DNA of 63,051 nt, the filler included, from Chiloscyllium plagiosum (taxonomy: Eukaryota): assembly GCF_004010195.1 (NCBI RefSeq). It is 4 parts of one record of this genome, joined end to end, with 100 filler letters (N's around TTAATTAATTAA, not from the genome) between each part and the next. Parts side by side here need not be neighbours in the genome. Positions count along the whole stretch, not along the records: positions 1 to 29,882 come from NC_057714.1; positions 29,983 to 49,967 come from NC_057714.1; 2 more parts are not named here. One strand, 5' to 3'. The notes under the pieces were generated by a model, which worked only from the letters and a program-made list of their open reading frames with translations, was not told where the DNA came from and did not search any database. Within the stretch, counting starts at the first letter, position 1; each line of letters begins with the position of its first letter. This document shows, in pieces, positions 26,393 to 38,323 of this stretch. The position numbers were made by a program, and so were the translations under genes.

Positions 26393-26718
26393 TACTTGCG
26401 AAACGTTTCAGAGAACACCTCTGGGACACCCGGACCAACCAACCCAACCACCCCGTAGCCCAACACTTTAACTCCCCCTCCCACTCCACCAAGGACTTGC
26501 AGGTCCTTGGACTCCTCCATTGCCAGACAATGGCAACACGATGGTTGGAGGAAGAGCGCCTCATCTTTTGCCTGGGAACCCTCCAACAAGGGATGAACTT
26601 GGATTTCTCCAGTTTCCTCATTTCCCCTCCCCCCACCTTGTCTCAGTCAAATCCCTCGAACTTCCTGTTCCTTGGATGCTGCCTGACCTGCTGCGCTTTT
26701 CCAGCAACACATTTTCAG
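26393..26718 (+). mobile_element. Internally deleted PLE (GIY-YIG C-terminus plus family A tail) with 12-bp TSD
   Basis: RFREHL..PVAQHFNSPSHS..LEEERLIFCLGTLQ; TSD CTCTATGCTGCC at 26381-26392 and 26719-26730. Confidence 0.88.
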
Positions 26719-28799
26719 CTCTATGCTGCCAGCCATGTTGAGTTTTTCCAGCATGTTTCACGTCTCCAGTATCTGCAGTTACTTGTTTTGTTTCTGTCTG
26801 AATTTATTGTGGGTTGTAGACTCCTGTAGGTTTAAGTTGAGAAAAAGAAATGAAAAAACACATTGATTAGTGTGAAAGTTCATTTATTATTGGTGACAGC
26901 TTCATTTTTAAGTAGGATTTACTCTTAGCAGATCTCCCGAAGAGATTATTTTTCTCTGCACTAGCCAGAATTAACACAATGTACCTTTTTTCTGCCAGAT
27001 GGCATTAGTGCAGTGCTAAGCTGCACAACACTGAAGTACATAAGTATGCATCGATTGAAGAATTTAAATTTTTTGACAGGCTGAGAATGGATAAGACCGG
27101 ACAGCACCCAGCGCTGGAAGTTGGGGTTTGCTCTCAGGCTGGAGTGTTTCATCTCTGGTAGCATGGATGTGACACCACTGATAGGATCCCCACTCAGTGG
27201 TTAATCTAATGACCTGGGTATAGCTATAGCTCCCAAAGACAGCAGGAAATGTTGGGAAAGAGACTGCAGAGTCAGAAAAAAATCCAAGCCATGGGTTTTC
27301 TGATTTCAGGTGTAAAATAGATGGGTTGGTATGGGTCGTTTTGTTGGTTGGAGTCCTGAGGAATTGGAGGATGGGTCATAAGAAGCAAATTGTAGGCCCA
27401 ATAAGGAGAGAGGTCAGAGTCCTCAGTAAAGGGAGGAGAGGGTGAATGACGATAATGGGTGGGGAGGTGAAGTGGGGACTCAGAGGTTTCAGTGTGATTG
27501 AAAGGAAACCTCAAATGTTGGTATGCTTTTCTAATCCCAGTGTAACATTGGATCCAGCAGATAACTTCCTGGATCCAATAATCTTTGCCCCTCTAGCTTC
27601 TGCTGAGTAACCAGAGTTAACTATAAAATGTTGATTTAGAGTGAGGCACGTGGTCTGATTAGAATCATTAAGTTGGTGTCAAGAATTCCATTTAAAACAC
27701 TTCAACCTTCCAACTAACTCACGCACCCTTGCCTTTTTGAGAGTTAATTTCTACGTAAACTGTCTTGCCCACCTGAGGCATTATCTCAGTACAATGCTTT
27801 TATTTTTAAAGGGATCACATTTTTAATGTGTTACATCAAAGATTAGAAATCTATTTTTCATCATAAATTGTTCAGAACTGAGCATGGTGTATTGACTTGG
27901 AAGGTTTGTGAAAATCTTAGATATAATTAGTGCTGTTCTGCGTTGCATTATTATTTAACTCAGTGATTCTTAGAAAGGATCAACCACAGTATGCACCATG
28001 ACAGATTAGGAGAAACTTCTAAGATTGACTTTGAATATGTTCAACATGGATTTAACTGTAACTACACCTTTATTAAAATTAGAATCCAAAATGAATTAGC
28101 GGAGTGCCGGAACCACTGAATTGGTTGCAGTTTGAGCTTCTTGGTGTTATTGGTACAGTTAAACATTTTGCATGGGTGTGTCAATCCCTTTTTATCTCGT
28201 ATATAGCGAACATGAGTTGGGTCACCACAAATTCTGCCAGGAATAAGTTGTTCTAGTAACAGGTGTACACCCCAGTATAAATTAATTCCATGAAGTGCTT
28301 TGATAAGCTGTTTGGAGTGCAAGTAGGGTAAGAAGAAAATGGTGTGGCACCTTCAGCAGTGATAATATCATTTATAATCTCACTGCCTCTTTAATAGGTG
28401 AGTGCATTAATGACATTGCTACATTAATTTGTGCAATAATTTGAATTGCCTCAGAACTGGGGTGAATTGTGAATAGCAGGAACTTGAGATTACTTAAAAA
28501 CTAAACACTTAACAGGTCTGTCAACATTTATGCAGAGAATAGACCCATGTTATTTTTCAGAAACATTAACAAAACATGAGAAATGAATACTAAGTTCATT
28601 AGTGCAAGATTTTCTTTGCCATTCTGAGTTGGAATTTCCTGTGTGCACATTTTGGGAAAAATTCCAGCTGAAGTAAAGTCAAGTTGTATGCCATTTTACC
28701 AATGTATGTTTACGGCCTCCTTTTGGATCCACTTCAATTACCTATGCTGAAATGTAGAAAGATGTATAAATAAACATAAATGACTGTAAATAATTTGGG

Positions 28800-29029
28800 T
28801 CAAAAAGTGTGGCACTGGAAAAGCGCAGTAGGTCAGGCATTATCCGATGAGCAGGAGAGTTGACGTTTCGGGCATAAGCCCTTCATCAGGAATGTAGGGG
28901 CTGATAAAGTGCTTATGCTCGAAACGTTGACTCTCCTGCTCCTCGGGTGCTGCCTGACCTGTTGTGTTTTTCCACCGCTACAGATTTTGATATTGATCAC
29001 CAGCAACTGCAGTCCTCGCTTCCTCCCAG
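28800..29029. mobile_element. 230-bp head-to-head PLE pseudo-LTR palindrome with two HHRs and a 15-bp TSD
   Basis: Perfect TSD TGTAAATAATTTGGG at 28785-28799 and 29030-29044; minus HHR CTGATGAAGGGCTTATGCCCGAAACGTC at about 28862-28889; plus HHR (decayed) at 28901-28930. Confidence 0.88.
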
Positions 29030-29420
29030 TGTAAATAATTTGGGAACAATGAAAGTATTGAATCCATAAAATGGGTTTTACCTTCTGCCCTGTGGTAAAC
29101 CTGAAGGCTGGAACGCCATTTGTAGGTGGAATGGTGACATATTTAATTCTTGGCACCATCCTACCTCCCCCAGAATTAATTCCGGATGGGAGTGCTCATG
29201 ATTGACCTTCCTTACTATTTTAATCAATCTGTTCATAGAAACAGAGAAAATAGGAACAATGTGGCCTGTTGTGTGATTCAATAGGATCATAGCTGGTCAT
29301 CCAATTCAGTGTCCTATTGCTGCTTTCTCACAACATTAAAGATCCTCAAAGTTTGTGAGAAGATTTGTAGCTCGGGTGCTCATTGCTGTGGTTCTGTTTG
29401 CCGAGCTGGAAGTTTTTGTT

Positions 29421-29460
29421 GCAAACGTTTCGTCCCCTGTCTAGGTGACATCCTCAGTGC
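29421..29460 (-). ncRNA. Minimal type I hammerhead ribozyme (family B', intact core)
   Basis: GCA-CTGAGGA-T GTCACCT AGAC AGGGGAC-GAAACGTT-TGC. Confidence 0.8.
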
Positions 29461-29838
29461 TTGGGAGCCTCCTGTGAAGCGCTTCTGTGGTATTTCCTCC
29501 AGATTTATAGTGGCCTGTCCCTGCCGCTTCCGGTTGTCAGTTTCAGCTGTCCGCTGTAGTGGCCGGTATATTGGGTCCAGGTCGATGTGTTTGTTGATGG
29601 AGTTTGTGGATGAATACCATGCCTCTAGGAATTCCCTGGCTGTTCTCTGTCTGGCTTGCCAGGGAATTCCTAGAAGCATGGCACCCATCCACAAACTCCA
29701 TCAACAAACACATAGACCTGGACCCAATATACCGGCCACCACAGCGGACAGCTGAAACTGACAACCGAAAGCGGCAGGGACAGGCCACTATAAACACCGG
29801 AGGAAACATCAAAGAAGCGCTTCGCAGGAGGCTCCCAA

Positions 29839-29878
29839 GCACTGATGATGTCGCCTAGCCAAGGGACGAAACGTTTGC
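29839..29878 (+). ncRNA. Minimal type I hammerhead ribozyme (family B')
   Basis: GCA-CTGATGA-TGTCGCCTAGCCAAGGGAC-GAAACGTT-TGC; a third copy at 30156-30195 has GAAA changed to AAAA. Confidence 0.75.
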
Positions 29879-30904
29879 AACANNNNNNNNNNNNNNNNNN
29901 NNNNNNNNNNNNNNNNNNNNNNNNNNTTAATTAATTAANNNNNNNNNNNNNNNNNNNNNNNNNNNNNNNNNNNNNNNNNNNNTTTGTTCGTATATCTGGT
30001 TGTTGAATGTGACACATTCAACAAACACATAGACCTGGACCCAAAATACCGACCACTACTGCGGACAGCTGAAACTGACAACCGGAAGCGGCAGGGACAG
30101 GCCACTATAAATGCCGGAGGAAACACCACAGAAGCGCTTCACAGGAGGCTCCCAAGCACTGAGGATGTCACCTAGACAGGGGACAAAACGTTTGCAACAA
30201 AAACTTTCCAGCTCGGCGAACAGAACCACAACATTAAAGATCCCTTTAGCCCTAAACTATATCTGATTCCTTCTTGAAAACATTTAATATTTTGATTTCA
30301 GTTATGTTGTGTCAGAGATTCCACAGGCTTAACACTCTATAGGTGAATAAATTTCTCCTCATTCCAGTCTGCCTACTCCATGTCTATAGTCTGAGACTCC
30401 TGGTTCTGGACTGCCCGGTTATTGAACATCCTTCCTGTGTTGACACTGTCTAGCCCTGTTAGACTTCTATATGTTTCTATGAGATTCCCCCCACCTCATT
30501 CTTCTAACCTCCAGTGAATGTTGTCTTAACTGATTGAGTCCCTCTTGATATGTCAGACCTGCTTTCCCGCAATCAGTCTAGTAAATCTTTGTTGCAATCC
30601 CTCAATAGCTGGAATATCCTTTCTCAGATAAGTAGACCAAAACGGCACACAGTACTCTGGGTGTGATCTCAACAAGGCCTGTACAATTACACCAAGACAT
30701 CCCTGCTCCTTTACTCAATTCCTCTTGTTGTGAATGCCAACATGTCATTTGCCTTCTTAATTGTCTGCTGCATCCCCAGGCTTACTTTCAGCAACTGGTA
30801 TACAAAACATCCAGGCCTCTTTGCGCTCCCCTTTTCCCGATCTATCACCATTCAGGTAATAATCTGTCTTGTTTTTGCCACCAAAGTTTACTCACATTAT
30901 ATTT

Positions 30905-31913
30905 CATACATGAAGAGAAAAAGATTAATAGTAAAAATGAATATCGGTCTCCTACAGTCAGAAACATGGGAATTTATAATGAGAGCAAAGACATGGCAGA
31001 TCAATTAAATGCATGCTTTAATTCTGTCTGTACAAAGGAAAACGCAAATAACATCCCAATAATATGTGGGAACACAGGTTCTAATGGGAAGGAGGAATTC
31101 AAAGAAATTAATATTAGTGGAAGTGGTGTTGGAGAAACTAATGAGATAAATCCCAGGACCTGATAACCTTCATCTCAGAGTACTAAAGGAAGTGGCCCTA
31201 AAACTATCAGATGTGCTAGTGGTTATCTTCCAACATTCTACAGAGTCTGGAACAGTTCCTATAGATTGGAGGGAAGCTAATTTAACCCCACTATTTAAGA
31301 AGGGAAGCAGAGACAAAACCGGGAATTATAGGCTGGTTAGCTTGACATCAGTCGTAAGAAAAGTGCTTGAGTCTATTATAAAAGATCTAAAAGCAGAGCA
31401 CTTAGAAGATGGTGAAAGATGGGATGGAGTCAGCAAGGATTTATGAAGAGGAAGTGATGCCTGACAAATCTGGAATTTTTTGAGGATGTACTTAGAAGTG
31501 TAGATATGGGGGTGCCAGGGGATGTGGTGTATTTGAATTTTCAAAAGGCTTTCAATAAGGTCCCACATAAGACATTAGCATGTAAAATTAAAGCCCTAAA
31601 CTGGAATTGGAGGTCACGTACTGAAATGGATTGAAGACTCGTAGACATGAAACAAAATGTCGGAATAAATGGATCTTTTTCTGAGTGGCAGGCAGTGATT
31701 AGTGGGGTATCACAGGGAACAGTTATTGGGCCCCAGGTATTCAGAATGTATATTCATGATTTAAGTGAGCAAACTACATTTAATATCTCCATGTTTACAG
31801 TTGAGACAAAGCTGGGTGAGAGAGTATGCTGTGAGGAAGAAGCAGAGAAAGTTCAGTGCAATTTGGACAAGTTAAGTCAATGGGAAATACATGGCAGATA
31901 CAGTATAATGTAG
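30905..31913 (+). mobile_element. CR1 RT segment, inverted relative to 29234-30907
   Basis: DWREANLTPLFKKG, NYRLVSLTS, SGVSQGTVIGP, WQIQYNV at the gap edge. Confidence 0.88.
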
Positions 31914-33099
31914 ANNNNNNNNNNNNNNNNNNNNNNNNNNNNNNNNNNNNNNNNNNNNNNNNNNNNNNNNNNNNNNNNNNNNNNNNNNNNNNNNNNNNNN
32001 NNNNNNNNNNNNNNNNNNNNNNNNNNNNNNNNNNNNNNNNNNNNNNNNNNNNNNNNNNNNNNNNNNNNNNNNNNNNNNNNNNNNNNNNNNNNNNNNNNNN
32101 NNNNNNNNNNNNNNNNNNNNNNNNNNNNNNNNNNNNNNNNNNNNNNNNNNNNNNNNNNNNNNNNNNNNNNNNNNNNNNNNNNNNNNNNNNNNNNNNNNNN
32201 NNNNNNNNNNNNNNNNNNNNNNNNNNNNNNNNNNNNNNNNNNNNNNNNNNNNNNNNNNNNNNNNNNNNNNNNNNNNNNNNNNNNNNNNNNNNNNNNNNNN
32301 NNNNNNNNNNNNNNNNNNNNNNNNNNNNNNNNNNNNNNNNNNNNNNNNNNNNNNNNNNNNNNNNNNNNNNNNNNNNNNNNNNNNNNNNNNNNNNNNNNNN
32401 NNNNNNNNNNNNNNACAAGACATTCCTGTTGACGACTGTTTACCTGGGGGAAGAACCATTAAAAGCTTGACCAAAGAACTGGTGTAATGGAGTAATGACA
32501 TTCTGGGTGTAGCATTATTACCTGTGCATCATACTTGCAACTTGAGCTTCCTTTATCTTTTGCACATTACTTTCTTACTAAACCCTTAATGTTTATTTCT
32601 TGATGTAAATGTTCAGGAATTTCTAGAAATCTGTGAGCATGCGCAGTCAAGAATTACCAATTGCCCTCTCCTTCAACTTTAGCCTTTTACATGTACATTG
32701 TTCCAATAAGCTCAAGGAAAGACACCTTTATCTTGGAAATTATCCTGCTGCAGTATACACTCCATATATATAATGTGCAGGAAATTGGTCTTTTAGCCTT
32801 ATTACGATCACACTGGTGAGCTACAGGTACCAGTTGTGGCATCAGAGGAAATTTGATGGAAAATTGTTGGGACAGTGCGCTTGGGCAGCTAGAGTTTTGT
32901 CAGGTGGCCTTAAGTAATTTGAAGATTACTATGGAGCGTGGGAGCAATCAAGAAGCTATGAATGATGTTTTAATGTGGCTGGGCTGTTGCTGCATTCAGG
33001 ATGTATCAGTTTCTGGTTTGGATTCCAAAACCGGTGTTAAACCTCTATTGTATTATCGTATTCAGGAGTGCTATGTCTCTTTTATGTAGCAGGCTATTG

Positions 33100-33735
33100 T
33101 ATTTTGTAAACAACATTAGTTTTATTTGTTGTCTGTATGGGGTCTTTCAAGTTCATTAACTGCTGTTTTAGTGTGTTGGTGGGTTTGTGGGCCACCATGT
33201 TGCCAAGAAGTCTGAGTAGTCTGGCAGTCAGTTCCAAGGTGTCTTTAATGTAGGGAGAGTAACTTGGGTTTCTGGATGTGTTTGTAATTTACAAAATACT
33301 GTGCAAGAACTGTAACAACACTACATCGGACAAACAGGCAGAAAACTAGCTACCAGGATACATCAACGTCAACTAGCCACAAAAAGACATGATCCTCTCT
33401 CACTAGTATCCTTACATACAGATGAGAAAGGACACCACTTTGACTGGGACAACACATCCATCCTAGGACAAGCCAAATAGATACAGCACGAGAATTCCTA
33501 GAATCATAGGATTCCAACCGGAATCGGCAAACACATTGACTTAGACCCCATTTACCACCCTCTGAAAAAAAGAACCAGAAATGACACCACCAACCCAAGG
33601 AAACCTATACACAAATAGAAAGCGGGTCCTTAACATCAATGCTTCATCTGGAGGCTCACTGAAGGTGTTACCTAGTGTGGTGATGAAATGTCTGAAAAAG
33701 AACTTTCCAGTTCAGCGAGCAAACTTACATCCAGG
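33100..33735. mobile_element. Poseidon-like PLE with 5' inversion (minus 33100-33283; plus 33285-33735)
   Basis: Minus: TLPYIKD..VAHKPTNTLKQQL..KDP..NVVYKI. Plus: IYKILCKNC..YIGQTGRKL, then a decayed HHR at 33656-33695. Confidence 0.85.
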
Positions 33736-34767
33736 TCTACATTCTGCTTATCTTTTTATTGAATGCTTTGCAGACTTTAATTGACTTTAATAATGTTAAA
33801 CAAACTCTGGTTCCAATGTTTTCTTTGAGAGAAGTCAGTGTTATTTCAAAGATAAAGAGAATCTTTCCCTTAGCAGACAACGTTGGCAAGATCAGGAGCC
33901 TGGGTTTCCTTTTCCACTTTGACAGCTGTATTCCTTCCACTTCAGCTGTGCCATGTCACTAATCCACCACCGCACATATCCTCAGGGCAGGATCGTCCAG
34001 GCTCACTTAGTGTTTAGAAAGATGGGAAGAGAAATTGGGTGGGAGACTAACCTTCAGATTCTCAATTCCAGGTCAAATGTTTGTTTTTAAATTCATCAAA
34101 CCTTTTAGGTAGGTCGATGTTCCTGGGAGGAAGCACTGAGAAAACAAGTGGCAGTCACCCTGACGGAATGCAACAGTACATTAATTTTCTTAGGGCACTG
34201 GAGTAAGATTTACCTGAGCAGACTGCCGTAGCAACCATGGTCCAGGCCACCATTGTCAGTTAGGATGACTTCCTGTTGCCATATAGTAGAATCACAGTAT
34301 ATTCTCTCATCTGGATGGCCTGAAGAACATCATCTAGGGATGTGGTTCCAAAGAGTCCCTTCCTTTCTAGTGTAAGGAACCTCCTGCTGTGTCTGGAGGT
34401 TGATTAGTGCTTCTGGCTTGCAGAGAGTGAAGTCCTGTCCTGATAAATATGATACCTGCAAGGTGAAGAACTTCAGAACCTCCTGTCCATTTAAAGTTGA
34501 TGTTGCATTCATGTGCTTTCGACATTTATTTTATTCATATACTTAATAAGGTGTTTGATTCAGAATCTAATCTTATAAGATCCAACATTTGTCAACCATA
34601 TTAATGCCTGTAATTCTTCTGAATTTCCAAACTGGAAATGGTTACTGGCTGATTTGATGAGCATCTCTGCAAACAGTAGCAAGCAAAATTTTATGTACAT
34701 TTTACATTGTTCTTTTTCAGTTCCTTTCAGTGGTGCAAGGTAAGCAAGATTTGGCTAATTATTATAT

Positions 34768-35181
34768 AGAGTCATAGAGATGTACAGCACAGAAACAGAC
34801 CGATCAGTCCAACTCGTTCTCGCCAACCAGATAGCCTAAATTAATCTAGTCCCATTTGCCAGCATTTGGCCCATATCCCTCTAAACCCTTTTTATTCATA
34901 TACCTATCCAGATGCCTTTTAAATGTTGTACTCTACCACTTCCTCTGGCAGCTCATTCCAGACATGCACCACCATCTATGTGAAAACGTTGCCCCTTAGG
35001 TCCCTTTTAAGTTTTTCCCTACTCTCCCTAAACCTATGCCCTCTGGTTCTGGACTCTCCTACCCTTTGGAAAAGACCTTGTCTATTTACCCAATCCATAC
35101 CCCTCACGACTTTATAAACCTCCTTAAGGTCACCTCTTGGCTTCGGACGCTCCAGGTAAAATAGCCCCAGCCTATTCAGCT
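34768..35181 (-). mobile_element. CR1 (HER1-type) 3' end
   Basis: Homologous to 18921-19392. Confidence 0.9.
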
Positions 35182-35299
35182 CGCATTATTAGTAAATATT
35201 TCTAGTTATTAACTTATTCTTTGCCTGCTTCCACACAAAAAAAATCAAAAGAATTTCAACAACTCAGCATCATGAAGATGTGTCCCCCATCCAATTGTG

Positions 35300-37357
35300 T
35301 TGTTTGGCACTTCCACTATGCGATATGGAATAGACTCAAAATTGATATTGAGCTGCTATGGGCCTTCAGCAGCTGCACTACTGTATTTGACTACAATCTA
35401 TAACTTCATGGCCTTACAAATTCCCCAAATCTGCCATTAACATCAAGTTGGAAGATCAAGCCTGGTTCAATGAATACAGCAGGAGGATATGCCAGAATCA
35501 GATCAAACAGGTGTCAACATGCTGCAGTTCCACCACAGATTCACTTCCTTGCCAACCAGTGGAAGCAGCATGCAATAGACAAGGCTAAGTGATGCCATAA
35601 CTAGTGAATATGGAGTCCTGCCACATCCATCATAACTGGTAGTGGAGAAGGAATCTCCCATAAATGTCCTGCACTAAATGATGGGGGAGGCCAGCACATC
35701 AGTACAAAGGATAAGGCTGAAGTATTTGTATTTATTTGCACCCAGAAATATCATTTGGATGAACCACTTCACCCTCATCCTGTGGTCCCGAGCAACGTAG
35801 ATGCATGACTTCAAACAATTCAATTCACTCCACATAATAATCAGGAAATAGCTAAATCTACAGGCTACCATAAAGTCTATGAACCCTGACAATATTTATT
35901 GTTCAGAACAAACTATGGCAAACAGTTCCAGCACAGTACAACACTGAAGTCCATTTGACAATGTAGAAAATTTCCGACCTCTGTCATACACTGCAACATA
36001 AAACCAATTATTGCCCTCTCAGTCTATTCTCAATCATCATCAAAGGGCACTTGTACAGGAATAACCTGTTACTGATATCAGTATGGGTTTTGCTAGAGCT
36101 ACCAAATCCTGATCTGATTACACCCTTGGTACATTTTAAACAGAAGAACTTAACTACAGATGTGAATGAAAGTGACTAGCCTTGTCATCAAGGCAACATT
36201 TGACTGAGTGTAGCATCAAATGTTGGAATCATATGTATATGAAGATGGTTGTGGGTGTTTGCAGTTCAGGGATATTGCTGAAGGAGTTCCCTTGGGAATT
36301 GCCTGAGGCTGAAACATCTTCATCATCAAATGACCTTCACTTCATTCTTAAGGTCAGGACAGATGATTTCTGAGGATTGCCCAATGTATAGCAGCAGTTT
36401 CAAAGCCTCAGATACTGAAGCAGCCAATGTCTATATACAGCAAGACCTGGGTGACATTTTGGCTTGGGATGGCAAGTGGCAAGTGGCAAGTAACATTTTT
36501 ACCATACAAGTGCCACACAATCCCAATCTCCAACCAGTGGGAATCCAGCCATCACCCTTGATGATTTATAGCATTGCCATTGCTGAATCTCCCATTATGA
36601 ATATCTAGGTATCATCATTCACCAGAAACATAACTGGACTCACTGCATGGTTATATAAATATTGTGGCTACAAAAACAAGGCATGGACTCAGAATTTGGT
36701 GGCGACACATCTCCTATCTCTTCAGTGCACCATCTGCAAGACACAAATGAGTGTAATGGAATGGTTTCAATTTAGCTGGATGAGATGCAGCTCCAACTAT
36801 ACTCAAAAGGCACAATTCTATTCAAATTAAAGCAGGTTCCTTGATCAGTTTCTCATTCCCTGTGAGAAGATCTCCAAGCCAATCAGTGAAGAATATGCCA
36901 AGACTAGAAAGTTTTCATGAAAATTGTTTATTGCTTGCCACGGAGCTAATAATCTTCATGCTCCTCCACTCCAACCACACTGCTGGCTGCCACTTCTTTA
37001 TGTACACCTGAAAGTATTCTTTTAGTGACCATAATGAGTTCGAAATAAGATGTGGTTGGAGTTGGTAACAATGTACCCTACCACCCATGGTCACAAAAAT
37101 GTAAACATACAAGTATAATTCAATCAATACCGAGCACCAATTTATCATATTACGCTCAGGTATTAAGTATATAACATCTATCAACGGAATCTATCGGATA
37201 CCAACGTCCATGACCTTCAACATTCACTCCCTTCATCACTTGTGCACAGTGGCAGCAGAGCACACCATCAACAAGACGTATTTCTATAACTCACCAAGAC
37301 TCTTTCAACAGCCCAACCTGACCTTGAAAGATACCACGTCTTTTGCACTGTCATTGG
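35300..37357 (+). mobile_element. Degenerate non-LTR retrotransposon, CR1-Zenon-like
   Basis: DQAWFNE, NYCPLSLFSII, QYGF..PDLIT, VIKATFD*V*H, NDLHF..ISEDC and WDGKWQV remnants; the clade assignment is tentative. Confidence 0.65.
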
Positions 37358-37700
37358 TGTTATGATTCCACCTGATGTTATTACTGGACAAGTCAGATTG
37401 CAGACTGAAAATTGGCTTGAGAGGTCATGTTTTGTTTTGGTTTGGTTTGAATGAGGTTGACTATCACTGAAACCAAAGTATGCAATGTTGCAGATCTTGT
37501 TTTAACAATACAATCGAAGTTTAATAACCAAAAGAAATGAAGATAAAGCAGAATAAACTGTTTACTTAAAACACAAATTCAAAGAATTTTAAGCACACCA
37601 TAAAAGTATAAGCTCCAAAACAAATTCCCTTACACAGTACACAAAAGCACCCCTGTTGCAGTATACACACCAGAAATAAAGTTACAGACATGGAGTGAGC
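37358..37700 (-). mobile_element. LTR-like repeat end (same family as 23300-24131)
   Basis: tgttatgattccacctgatgttattactggacaagtcagat matches the reverse complement of 24090-24131. Confidence 0.5.
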
Positions 37701-38086
37701 GTGCAAAAAACTCGCAAAAAACTGGCAGATGGAGTATAACGTAGAAAAATGAGAAATTGTTCAGTTTGACAGGAAGAATGAAAAAAGCAGCATATTACAT
37801 AAGCAGCGAACTATTTCACAACTCTGAGGTGCAGAGGGATTTTGGTGTTCTGGAGCATGAGTCATAGAAAAAGTTATTACACATATACAGCACATAATTA
37901 AGAAGGTTAATAGGTGCTCTTCTTTAATACAAGAGGAATGGAACATAAAAGTAAGGGTGTGATGCTTTAGTTTTACAGAACATTGGGTAGACCACATCTT
38001 GAGTTTTGGTCTCCTTATTTAATTAGGAATGTAAATACATTGGATGTGATTCAGAGGACGTTTTACTAGGTTGATATCTGGTTGAG

Positions 38087-38323
38087 TCAAAAGGTGTGGT
38101 GCTGGAAAAAGCACAGCCTATCAGGCAGCATCTGAGGAGCTGGAGAGACAATGTTTTGAGCATACGCTCATCAGCAGGAATGTGGCAGAAAAACATTCCT
38201 GATGAAGAGCTTATGCTTGAAACATTGACTCTCCTGCTCCTCGGTTGCTGCCTGACAGGCTATGCTTTTTCCAGCACCACATGTTTTGACTCTGATCTGC
38301 AGTCCTTCCTTTCCCCTGGTTGA
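38087..38323. mobile_element. Head-to-head PLE pseudo-LTR palindrome (family A) with 16-bp TSD
   Basis: TSD TTGATA(T/C)CTGGTTGAG at 38071-38086 and 38324-38339; arms of about 100 bp; HHR remnant at 38199-38228. Confidence 0.85.

Larger units (their letters stand above)
29346..30226. mobile_element. Poseidon-like PLE insertion: one inverted plus two direct pseudo-LTR/EN-end copies, 17-bp TSD
   Basis: AREFLEAW..INKHIDLDPIY appears on both strands; TSD CACAACATTAAAGATCC at 29329-29345 and 30227-30243; internal gap. Confidence 0.88.
29234..30907 (-). mobile_element. CR1 3' segment interrupted by a PLE
   Basis: CR1 3' tail at 29234-29345, resuming at 30244 with post-RT motifs. Confidence 0.8.

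Noticed and set aside
28800..29029. Interpretation of the palindromes as DNA-transposon MITEs or pre-miRNAs
   Set aside because: The arms are PLE 3' pseudo-LTR sequence, are asymmetric, and have variable 11-16 bp TSDs rather than a fixed superfamily TSD
29927..29938. TTAATTAATTAA palindrome inside N runs (also 50012-50023 and 58315-58326)
   Set aside because: An identical six-frame-stop spacer centred in assembly gaps; a scaffolding artefact, not biology
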